Shown here: piece by piece, positions 48,694 through 56,662 of the stretch
Layout of the letters: the number at the start of each line of letters is the position of its first letter
How positions within the stretch are numbered: position 1 is the stretch's first letter
Source: Candidatus Thorarchaeota archaeon SMTZ1-45
GTDB lineage: Archaea > Asgardarchaeota > Thorarchaeia > Thorarchaeales > Thorarchaeaceae
Direction of reading: 5' to 3'
Length of the DNA: 56,662 nt
Assembly (NCBI GenBank): GCA_001563335.1
Contig: LRSL01000044.1
Coordinates: 1-56,662, forward strand
The notes under the pieces: model-generated
What the model was told of the DNA's origin: nothing
Databases searched by the model: none
Seen by the model: the letters and a program-made list of their open reading frames with translations, nothing else
Made by a program: the position numbers and the translations under genes

Positions 48694-49209
48694 ATGGAGC
48701 TAAGCTGGTTTAGAGAGAAGCTGATTCAAGCACATGAGAACCAAAGAAAACATCTTCATTATGTATTGACAGACCTAAGTAATGATGAACTGACTAAAAT
48801 TGTTACAAATGAAGAATATTCGAAGTCAATTGCTGGACTCGTTATGCATATTGGTACTGCAGAAACATACTGGTTTCATAAAGCAAACAACTCCATTGGA
48901 CTACCTGTAATTGCAGACTCATTTGAAGAAGTTATGACTCGCATTAAGGAGAATACTGAGAAAATTAACAAGATTGTAAAGGAGTGTCCTGAAGAACAAC
49001 TTCATATCATTCCTCCAAGGGAAGGTGGTCCTTCAATTGCTTGGGCTGTTTTGAGAACATCCCAACATGGAATCTACCATGCTGGACAAATAGCAAAGAT
49101 TCGACGGATGATTGGTGCATCAGATCTTCTTCCAGACTCTGAAGACCTTTGGGGAAAAGCAATTGACTCAACCTTGGAGATCATAAGAGCCTTATTCGAT
49201 GAGAGATGA
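48694..49209 (+). CDS. DinB/YfiT-like four-helix protein
   Basis: SIAGLVMHIGTAETYW and HGIYHAGQI His triad pattern. Confidence 0.8.
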   Translation: MELSWFREKLIQAHENQRKHLHYVLTDLSNDELTKIVTNEEYSKSIAGLVMHIGTAETYWFHKANNSIGLPVIADSFEEVMTRIKENTEKINKIVKECPEEQLHIIPPREGGPSIAWAVLRTSQHGIYHAGQIAKIRRMIGASDLLPDSEDLWGKAIDSTLEIIRALFDER

Positions 49210-49378
49210 AACTATTCTTCATCCGACCATCACTCAAAGGTCTTCTTGACTGAGTTAATCTATGCACCTATGGTCAGTTAATGCGTTCGTTTCAATAATT
49301 TTCAGAACTCCATCATAGCTTAACTAAAATGTGTCTTTCTCATAAACGCAAACATTGCTACAAACGGGGACCTGATAG

Positions 49379-50431
49379 ATGCCTATTTTTCCACCTGGCG
49401 ATCTCTTTCGAGACCTCAGTTTGGTCTTGGATAGTGCAGCTGCTTTCTATTCGATTCTGATTGGAGCTGTTCTTCTTCGACAGTGGTACGACCGTCAATA
49501 CCGTCGGATTGTTGACATACGATTAGCTTGGTCCACTTTCTTCATTGGAATGGTCGTAAATCGAGGAGCATTCATTTTTGCAGATTTCTATCTGACTACG
49601 GAACCCTTCAACACAATTTTTGTCAAATTTGGATATATTGGTCTTATTCTTGCTCTATCCGCCTTCTTTTTCGCTTTAGAAGCCATTCTCCCTAATAATA
49701 CTCGACAAATATTCTTCATAGCTGGATTGTTACACATCTTACTTACTATTGTCTTTCCACGAGCATTGTTGGAGATGGTTGCAGCCTCAATCGCTATAGT
49801 GACTTTTGTGGGAGTCATGCTATTCTTGAACTACACAATGCGAAATACTATCGGTGAACTAAAGAGTAGCATTCAAAAGATAGTTGCAGCATTTCTAGCG
49901 GGTTTCCTTGGATTCATCTTAGCAAGCGACCCTGTTTATTACAATTTAGGTCTGTGGCCATATCTTGTTGGAGAAACACTTCTGGTAATTGGTATTACAG
50001 GATTTGGCATTGGGATTATTTACACTCCGACTCTTGATGAGCTAGATTGGAAGCAGCAACTCGTGGAGCTTTTCATAATCCAGGAGGGGGGGCTCTTGGT
50101 CTATCATCACGAATTTGTTGAGAATGCTGAAATAGACCAGGTATTGACAGCCGCGGGAATTTCTGGCGTGCAGTCTTTATTCCAGGAAATAACAAGAAGC
50201 GAAACTGGACTCAATATTGTGACGGTTGGAGAGTTCGCTATTCTCTTTTCACATAGTCTTACTTTCACAACTGTGCTTATTTCACGAGAACCCTATAACG
50301 TGCTTCTTGCGAAATTGAAGGAACTAACTTCGAGCTTTGAGAATATGTTTGGAATGATAATACAGAATTTTGAGGGGAGCTTGAAGGAGTTTAGTTCAGC
50401 TCAAGATCTAGTTAATTCAATATTTCAATAA
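49379..50431 (+). CDS. 7-TM membrane protein with C-terminal longin-like domain
   Basis: Seven hydrophobic segments, then LFIIQEGGLLVY...LTAAGISGVQSLFQEI...LKELTSSFENMF...FEGSLKEF, the pattern of Asgard longin-like domains. Confidence 0.72.
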   Translation: MPIFPPGDLFRDLSLVLDSAAAFYSILIGAVLLRQWYDRQYRRIVDIRLAWSTFFIGMVVNRGAFIFADFYLTTEPFNTIFVKFGYIGLILALSAFFFALEAILPNNTRQIFFIAGLLHILLTIVFPRALLEMVAASIAIVTFVGVMLFLNYTMRNTIGELKSSIQKIVAAFLAGFLGFILASDPVYYNLGLWPYLVGETLLVIGITGFGIGIIYTPTLDELDWKQQLVELFIIQEGGLLVYHHEFVENAEIDQVLTAAGISGVQSLFQEITRSETGLNIVTVGEFAILFSHSLTFTTVLISREPYNVLLAKLKELTSSFENMFGMIIQNFEGSLKEFSSAQDLVNSIFQ

Positions 50432-50475
50432 TAGATACCTCTTTCTAGCTAACTATCTGAGGTTAATTAAAATAG

Positions 50476-50667
50476 GAAATTCTATTCGCACATGGGGCGG
50501 CTTTCACATGTGTCTTAATTGCGAAGAAACCATACATAATATTGCTTGAAAAAGTGCAAGAGTTCACTAATTGGTTCGAGTATGAATTTGGAACAGTGTT
50601 GCAGAAATTTGAGGGTAGTCTGCGAGATTTCCAAACTGCTGAAGAATTAATCCAAATAATCTTCTAG
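50476..50667 (+). pseudogene. Start-less remnant of a paralogous longin-like C-terminus
   Basis: Translates EILFAHGAAFTCVLIAKKPYIILLEKVQEFTNWFEYEFGTVLQKFEGSLRDFQTAEELIQIIF*, aligning without gaps to the end of 49379-50431; in-frame TAG at 50473. Confidence 0.8.
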
Positions 50668-50692
50668 GAATCTTAAAACCTATGATGCTCCT

Positions 50693-50986
50693 TTACCATC
50701 TGGAACCTTCTTCTGCAACCCGCCAACCGTAGCATCCTACGACGAAACCGACTACTGTAAGAAATAATCCAATCAACGCAAAGGCGCCTGTTATTGGAGT
50801 GACTCCATATGGCGCAAACATGAGCGGAGGTATGAGAAAAGCCAATCCTAGTCCACAAGTGCATGTAGCAAGACAAGTTGAACCTCCTATTTTGAATATT
50901 GCACCTATGTTCTCATCCTTCACCTCTGGTTTAGGTTGTGATGGTCTAGGACTGTCCGATGGGGGTTCATCAAAAGATGCTGACAT
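50693..50986 (-). CDS. Small membrane protein, Pro-rich N-terminus and Cys-rich first TM
   Basis: GGGAGG RBS; PPSDSPRPSQPKP; TCLATCTCG; two TM segments. Confidence 0.7.
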   Translation of the reverse strand: MSASFDEPPSDSPRPSQPKPEVKDENIGAIFKIGGSTCLATCTCGLGLAFLIPPLMFAPYGVTPITGAFALIGLFLTVVGFVVGCYGWRVAEEGSRW

Positions 50987-51103
50987 AGTAATCCTCCCTC
51001 AGTAATAATTGCCTTATTTATGCTTATACCACTTTTTCTCGCTATATCCAGCTTGTATTACTTTTTCTATTTTGCTAACTCTTGATAAAGTATAGATTTA
51101 ATT

Positions 51104-52141
51104 CTACCACTCAGGAAGTTCCTCATATCGATGACAAAGTATCCAATAGTCCTTGTCAATCTCACGATATTCTGGCATTTTTTCTCTGCATATATCCTGC
51201 ACATAATCGCAACGCTCACTAAACGGGCAGCCTCTTGGTGGATTTGATAGATCAGGTGGCTTCCCAGGAATTCCCCTAATCCTGAGCCCCTTTTCCTTTA
51301 TCTTACGGATAAGTTCCATAGAAGGATTACTCATAATGAATGCACGTGTAAAGGGATGACCTGGAGAATTGAGAACCCTTTCTGTGTCACCAAACTCAAC
51401 AATATGCCCTGCTGTCATTACTCCGACTCTGTCGCAGGTCTTTGCTATGGTTCCTTGATTATTACTAATTAGTAACATTGAAAGATCAAGTTCATCCCGC
51501 ACAATCTGGATGGCATCAAGTATTCGGTTTTGGAGCCCCATATCTACAGCGGTAGTTGGCTCATCAGCAATCATCAAGTCTGGATGAGAAACGAGCGCTA
51601 TTGCGATAAGCACGCGCTGGTCTTCACCCACGCTGAATTGTGATGGTTTCATATCTTTACGAATATCGACATCTCCAAGTTCGACAAGGTCAAGAGTCTG
51701 CAAGACTCTTTTCATTACTTGCCACTCTTCTAATTCATCATCTTCATCATGCGCCCATAGAACTTCTGCTGTTTGTTCCTCAATGTTTGAATATGGATTC
51801 AAAGACTTGGTCGTACCCTGTGGAACATATGTGATCTCATTCCCCAAAATTCTCTTGTACTCCTTATCATCTAGTGCTTCGTCTTTGAGTGCCCACAATC
51901 TTTTATTCTCTTCATTTGCCGCTGTTGATGCATAATATCTGGAAAGATTATCGAACATCCCTAGAATTGCGAGTGCTACACTTGTCTTTCCTGCTCCCGA
52001 CTCTCCAAAAAGTCCAACCGACTCGCCCTTTCGAACCTCGAAGCTCACATTGTTTACTGCTTTGACTAGTCCCTTTTTTGAGGTATAATATGCTCTGAGA
52101 TTCTCGACTTTGAGAGTGATTTCATCACTAGTAGCAACCAT
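51104..52141 (-). CDS. Degenerate OppD-like ABC ATP-binding protein
   Basis: GESGAGKT and IADEPT intact; signature FSVGE; H-loop ISNN; HPFT, GCPFSERC; paralog of 35985-37070. Confidence 0.82.
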   Translation of the reverse strand: MVATSDEITLKVENLRAYYTSKKGLVKAVNNVSFEVRKGESVGLFGESGAGKTSVALAILGMFDNLSRYYASTAANEENKRLWALKDEALDDKEYKRILGNEITYVPQGTTKSLNPYSNIEEQTAEVLWAHDEDDELEEWQVMKRVLQTLDLVELGDVDIRKDMKPSQFSVGEDQRVLIAIALVSHPDLMIADEPTTAVDMGLQNRILDAIQIVRDELDLSMLLISNNQGTIAKTCDRVGVMTAGHIVEFGDTERVLNSPGHPFTRAFIMSNPSMELIRKIKEKGLRIRGIPGKPPDLSNPPRGCPFSERCDYVQDICREKMPEYREIDKDYWILCHRYEELPEW

Positions 52142-52178
52142 GACTTACCCATTGAATCAGGCTTGAAATATTCTATGG

Positions 52179-53354
52179 CTAGAGCATTATACTATCAGTT
52201 TTTGGTTTATTTTTGTAGAGAAATCGGTTCTCCGCTTCGTACCAAATCATACCACCGGTAAATGATACTGCAAGATTAAGGAGATAGAATGGGACATAAA
52301 ACCAAAGAGAAGGCCAGCCAAGTTCAGCTGCGAAGTCAGGAATATAGTGCTCGATAGCTGCTGTTTGAGATATATTCCAATAGACAATAGACATCCAAAA
52401 TATCTGAAATAGGAGGATGTGATATGATGACTTTCCAACTCTTTCTATGATCTTTTGAAATATTCCAGATGCTGTTTGTGGTAGCGAAACCATTGCAAGA
52501 AGAAAGAAGAACCCTGCATAACCATAGAAGAATAGAGTATAATCTCCCCTGATGAATTCCTGAATTATACTCATTTTTTGTCCTATGACACCTGGGAGAG
52601 AACTCACTATTCCCGTAGAGTAATCAAACATGAAGAACAAACTGAATGCAAAATAAGGATAAACAATTAAATTCCGCCTATCTGACATATCAAATCCTTT
52701 TGAGAACCATAGTCCAAGTCCTGCAGCTGGTAGATAGAATATGATATTGACTCGTATCGCAGTTATGATGAATGCATTAAAGGGAATCATGGCTACCGGA
52801 TATAGAAACCACAGAATTGCTTGCATAGCAAGTTCACAGAGAAAGCATAATGCAATGGCCAAAACAGGTTGCTTCAAGAATAACCAGTAAATGATAGGGA
52901 ACACAAGAATGGAACCAAAAAGAAGAGGAATAAACCAATTTCCTGGTCCCCAGAAGGGCAAGAACCCTAACATTAGGTACTCACTTGTACTGAGGTAACC
53001 AAGAGTGATACCAAGAAGTATTGATGCTATATAGAGGATTATGAATGGAAGAATGTATCTCTTTATTTTGCGCTTGAAATATTCCATAGAATAGAGGTCT
53101 AGTAGATTTTTAGCATTTCTATATTTGAACGACATTCCCATATTGAAACCCATGACAATTAGGAAAAATGGTATTGAAAGTCGCTCCCAAAAGACACTTC
53201 CCATTGCACCTTTGATTTCCCAAGTCAAGCTATGATCCATTACGACAAAAGCAATTGCAATTGCCTTCAATACATCTAGCTGAAAATAATAGGGTCTTTT
53301 CGTTGATGGCTCAGTCGAAGTAACTTCACACTCTATGTTTTCTCCCTCAATCAT
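52179..53354 (-). CDS. Acyltransferase-3 (OafA-like) membrane O-acyltransferase
   Basis: QLDVLKAIAIAFVVMDH, PFFLIVMG, YFKRKIKRYILPF, WFI, VGKSSYHILLFQ; about ten TM. Confidence 0.82.
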   Translation of the reverse strand: MIEGENIECEVTSTEPSTKRPYYFQLDVLKAIAIAFVVMDHSLTWEIKGAMGSVFWERLSIPFFLIVMGFNMGMSFKYRNAKNLLDLYSMEYFKRKIKRYILPFIILYIASILLGITLGYLSTSEYLMLGFLPFWGPGNWFIPLLFGSILVFPIIYWLFLKQPVLAIALCFLCELAMQAILWFLYPVAMIPFNAFIITAIRVNIIFYLPAAGLGLWFSKGFDMSDRRNLIVYPYFAFSLFFMFDYSTGIVSSLPGVIGQKMSIIQEFIRGDYTLFFYGYAGFFFLLAMVSLPQTASGIFQKIIERVGKSSYHILLFQIFWMSIVYWNISQTAAIEHYIPDFAAELGWPSLWFYVPFYLLNLAVSFTGGMIWYEAENRFLYKNKPKTDSIML

Positions 53355-53506
53355 AGTGAATATAGCAAATATAGTCCTTTAAAAATACCATCCGACTTAA
53401 GCATTCAAGGTAGAATATCAACGCTCCTAAGTATTGTGGGAACTTGTATCTTTGGAAAATGCGAAAACAATTTCACTTACAGTTTAGACAATGAAACTTG
53501 ATATGA

Positions 53507-54370
53507 ATGGCTTCCGAGTTACTCTCTATGTCAGATGGTTGCACTGCTGGAGCGAAAATAATTGGAAACCGGTACTACCTTCTGAAAAATCGTGACTTAA
53601 TCTGGGGTGGATTTAGAGATTCAATAGTCTTTGAAAAGGAAGTCTTCTTTGTAACAGGTGTAGATGTTAGTGATGGTGAGTCTTGTGGGGCTTCTTTTGG
53701 CTTCAACAAATTCGGTCTTGCTGGGTGCAACACTACAGTTTTAGTTACTCAAGACAAAGCATATGATATTTTACTTGAAAGGATTCTCCGAGAAACTAAA
53801 ACGATTGATGATGCATTTCAGCTCGTGCAAAATGAACTTGAAAGAGGAAACAGATACCAATGGTGTAACTTTGTGCTTGCATCTCCTCTTGGTGTTGGTG
53901 CAATCGAAATCGGAGATGGAGTTGCAGTCATTGAAAAGGATCCAAGCATAATCACCAGAACAAACCATCATCTCATTTTACCTACCGCTGAAATTCTTCG
54001 AAATGCATCACTAGCTGAACGAGAGGCTGGGGGTCCCTTAGTTACTAGTCAAAGTAGACGACAAGAAGCTGCTAAACTGTTAGCTGAAGCAACCTCATTT
54101 ATGGACATGACGCAACTACTAAGCACTCATAGAGAAGGACGTGGGTTCAATTCTATCTGCAGACACCGTGCACCAAACCCTCGCTTAGAGCCATATCTTG
54201 GAGAAACTGTTTATAGCTATATTACAGAGGTTTCTGGAATCGATTCTGGTTCCCTTGAATTTAGGATCAAGGTGACTGCAGGAAATCCATGTACAAGCAC
54301 TTACGATGAGTTCCTGGTAGATTTTAATTCGCCTGAGAGCAAGTATAATCTTCTAACGCATTTTCCATGA
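53507..54370 (+). CDS. Cys-nucleophile Ntn hydrolase (peptidase C45 / choloylglycine hydrolase-like)
   Basis: GCT near the N-terminus, LLKNRD, GFNKFGL, RTNH, SICRH, GNPC; alternative start 53528. Confidence 0.78.
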   Translation: MASELLSMSDGCTAGAKIIGNRYYLLKNRDLIWGGFRDSIVFEKEVFFVTGVDVSDGESCGASFGFNKFGLAGCNTTVLVTQDKAYDILLERILRETKTIDDAFQLVQNELERGNRYQWCNFVLASPLGVGAIEIGDGVAVIEKDPSIITRTNHHLILPTAEILRNASLAEREAGGPLVTSQSRRQEAAKLLAEATSFMDMTQLLSTHREGRGFNSICRHRAPNPRLEPYLGETVYSYITEVSGIDSGSLEFRIKVTAGNPCTSTYDEFLVDFNSPESKYNLLTHFP

Positions 54371-54548
54371 TTTCATTTAAATTCTAATTTCCGGAGTTAC
54401 TATTCTTCTATGAAAAAATCCAAAGTCAGTGCTTCGGGGTAAATAATCCCGAAACATGATAGTTGAACCAATCACACTTCATGCCTGTAGCTCAATCGAG
54501 TGATATTTCAGAACGTGATGTAACATCTCACGTAACTGAGGTGATTGA

Positions 54549-55442
54549 ATGAACCATGAGAAATTCAGAGAAGTGCTACTTGGATATTCTGTAACAACTA
54601 CAACTCCATTTAGTTCTGACCTATCGCTGATTGATACTGATGCAATATTCCACAATATCAACTTTCTAATGAAGAACAGAGTTCCTCTTATTATCCCAAA
54701 TGGTAATACTGGCGAATTCTATTCACTGTCAGAAGATGAATGGAAGACAGTGCTTCAAACAACGGTAGAGGCTTCTCAAGGAAGATCAACAATAATGTCT
54801 GGAATTGGTCATTCAATCAAGACAGCTATTTCTCAAATTGACATGGTCCGAGCCCTCGATATTGCTGCAGTAATGATAATGTACCCTCAACATGTTTTCA
54901 GCTCTGAAGAGGGTCTCTTAGGCTATTATCGAACATTGCTTGAAGCAGCAAGAGAACTCAATGTTGTTCTCTATAAGAAAGGACCTCTCCTATCAGATGA
55001 CATGTTGGAGAAACTCATTGTCTATGAAAATCTGATTGGAGTCAAGTATGCTTTTGGTCGTATCATAGACTTTTCCCGGACTGTCTATCGACTTGGGAAT
55101 AAGATTGTATGGTCCTGCGGAACAGCAGAACGTTTTGCTCCGTTTTTCTGGTTGGCTGGGGCTAGAGCTTTTACAAGCGGACTTTGCAACTTTGCACCTC
55201 ACATTTCAAAGAGAATGTTTGATGCATTGAAACTTGGTAACTACCAAGAAGCAATGGAGGTACATAGATTGATAACTCCATTTGAGGACCTTCGTGAAGG
55301 AAGAGGAACTGCAAACAATGTTCCGATTGTTAAGGCTGCTATGGACCATGTTGGGTTGAAAGGAGGTTCATGTAGACCTCCAATTCATCAATTATCAGAG
55401 CAGGAGAAGAAAGAAACCATTGCTGAAATTTCAAAATGGTAG
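54549..55442 (+). CDS. DapA/NAL-family class I aldolase/dehydratase (5-dehydro-4-deoxyglucarate dehydratase-like)
   Basis: TTTPF, NGNTGEFYSLS, VVLY, Schiff-base GVKYA, FTSGLCNFAP, VKAAM..RPP. Confidence 0.82.
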   Translation: MNHEKFREVLLGYSVTTTTPFSSDLSLIDTDAIFHNINFLMKNRVPLIIPNGNTGEFYSLSEDEWKTVLQTTVEASQGRSTIMSGIGHSIKTAISQIDMVRALDIAAVMIMYPQHVFSSEEGLLGYYRTLLEAARELNVVLYKKGPLLSDDMLEKLIVYENLIGVKYAFGRIIDFSRTVYRLGNKIVWSCGTAERFAPFFWLAGARAFTSGLCNFAPHISKRMFDALKLGNYQEAMEVHRLITPFEDLREGRGTANNVPIVKAAMDHVGLKGGSCRPPIHQLSEQEKKETIAEISKW

Positions 55443-55445
55443 AAC

Positions 55446-56636
55446 CTATTTTTCTAATGGGATGTTTTTGCCATCTATGAATACTTGTTCAACCTTGCTA
55501 TAGAAATCAAATGGGTCTCCCGACCATATGACAATATCAGCATCTTTCCCTTGTTCCAAGGATCCAACTCTATCATTGATGTTTAGAATCTCGGCTGGAT
55601 TAATCGTGACACATTTTAGAGCATCTTCCTTGCTCATTCCTTCTTTTATCACATTCATTGGAAGTAGTGGGAAGTAGTTCATTGGTGTCAGAGAATCGGT
55701 TTGAAGAGCGACCTTTACACCTGCTTCATTCAGCTCAACCGCAGTTTTGAACCCCCTCTCCTTAGTTTCTGGTTTGCTAGTCCAAAACATTGTTGGACCT
55801 ACAACTGCTGGGAACTTTGATTTTGCAATTGTTTTCTTGATTTTGTGACCTTCTGTACAGTGAATTAGAACGACTCTTATGTCGAACTCTTTTGCTATTC
55901 TAATGACAGTTGCAATATCATCTGCTCTGTGAGCATGTGCATGAATTGGTATCACCCTATTGAGAACCTTGAGGACTGTTTCCAGGCCAATATTTCTTGG
56001 AGGTGGATTAATCGGAGGTGCTTCTCCCCTGCTCTTTGCCTCCTCTGCTTTTTCTAGATACACCTTAGCCTGCATTTTGTAACTGAGTGCATCTGCGAAT
56101 GTCTTTCTAAGCAATGCTGCAACTCCCATGCGTGTGGAAGGTGTTCGTTTTTCAACTCCGTGTATTCTTTTTGGATTTTCACCAAAAGCAACCTTGAGTC
56201 CAGAGGGTGAAAGAAGAATCATGTCATCAACAACAGACGCACCAGTAGGTTTGATAACAAAAGACTCACCCGAAATCACATTTGCTGATCCTGGTCCAGT
56301 ATTCAAACAGGTTACGCCACCTGTTAGCGCTTCTTTCAAAGATGGCTCATCAGGATTGAATGAATCAATACCTCTCATTTCAGGAGTTATCGGATTCGTT
56401 ATTTCATTCCCGTCCATTCCTGCCCATCCTATTGATCCATCAAAGAGTCCTTGATGTGTATGAGCATCGATGAATCCCGGAACAACATACTTTCCTTCAG
56501 CATCAATGATTTTAGCATTTTTTGGAATCTCGATATCCTTTCCAATTTCTCTGATTTTTCCATTAAACAGTACTGCCCCGTTCTTAATGAAACCATTAAC
56601 AGGACAAAGAATTGTAGCATTGATGATTGCTTTCAT
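55446..56636 (-). CDS. Metal-dependent amidohydrolase (imidazolonepropionase-like)
   Basis: PGFIDAHTH, PGSANVISG, KVAFGENPK, HAHRADD, HCTEG, TINPA, VGSLEQGKDADIVIW. Confidence 0.88.
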   Translation of the reverse strand: MKAIINATILCPVNGFIKNGAVLFNGKIREIGKDIEIPKNAKIIDAEGKYVVPGFIDAHTHQGLFDGSIGWAGMDGNEITNPITPEMRGIDSFNPDEPSLKEALTGGVTCLNTGPGSANVISGESFVIKPTGASVVDDMILLSPSGLKVAFGENPKRIHGVEKRTPSTRMGVAALLRKTFADALSYKMQAKVYLEKAEEAKSRGEAPPINPPPRNIGLETVLKVLNRVIPIHAHAHRADDIATVIRIAKEFDIRVVLIHCTEGHKIKKTIAKSKFPAVVGPTMFWTSKPETKERGFKTAVELNEAGVKVALQTDSLTPMNYFPLLPMNVIKEGMSKEDALKCVTINPAEILNINDRVGSLEQGKDADIVIWSGDPFDFYSKVEQVFIDGKNIPLEK

Positions 56637-56662
56637 TATGCATCAACTGAGTACGTCACACA

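Noticed and set aside
376-56620. Numerous 60-170 aa antisense or alternate-frame ORFs in the track (e.g. 1442-1819, 4546-5025, 38563-39042, 43491-44000)
   Set aside because: They lie within well-supported genes and show no motifs; treated as shadow ORFs
1-56662. Mobile elements, defence systems, tRNA or rRNA genes
   Set aside because: No transposase, integrase, cas, restriction-modification or tRNA/rRNA signatures recognised by eye; tRNAscan-SE and Rfam were not run

Overview
A gene-dense archaeal chromosomal segment. A Rab-like small GTPase, a 7TM-longin fusion, a GOLD-like membrane protein, a crenarchaeal-type SSB and SAMP-like proteins point to an Asgard archaeon, possibly Thorarchaeia (inference; no marker gene is present). 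Housekeeping content: the end of a complex I-like operon (nuoLMN), trpB2, an aminotransferase-SSB-kinase-AcdA operon, an NADH oxidase/CoA-disulfide reductase, a macrodomain/macro-like/Nudix trio, two non-canonical carbamoyltransferases, a penicillin-acylase-type Ntn hydrolase, a tungsten AOR with two beta-grasp proteins, FprA plus rubrerythrin, an Opp/Dpp ABC locus with two extra OppD-like ATPases, and several hydrolases and membrane proteins. No rRNA, tRNA, CRISPR array or mobile element was recognised. Leading candidates for new biology: (1) a 1848-aa surface protein with two FG-GAP propellers, six Ig-like repeats and a 7-TM C-terminus (adhesion-receptor-like topology); (2) four phased TGTACA-like TRP boxes plus a Met-Trp-initiated upstream ORF and structured leader before trpB2; (3) a p24/TMED-like GOLD protein; (4) a beta-grasp protein with a masked internal GG; (5) a 7TM-longin gene followed by an unannotated paralog remnant; (6) an unexplained structured RNA candidate at about 22.2-22.3 kb. 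All calls are by eye from motifs; no searches were run.
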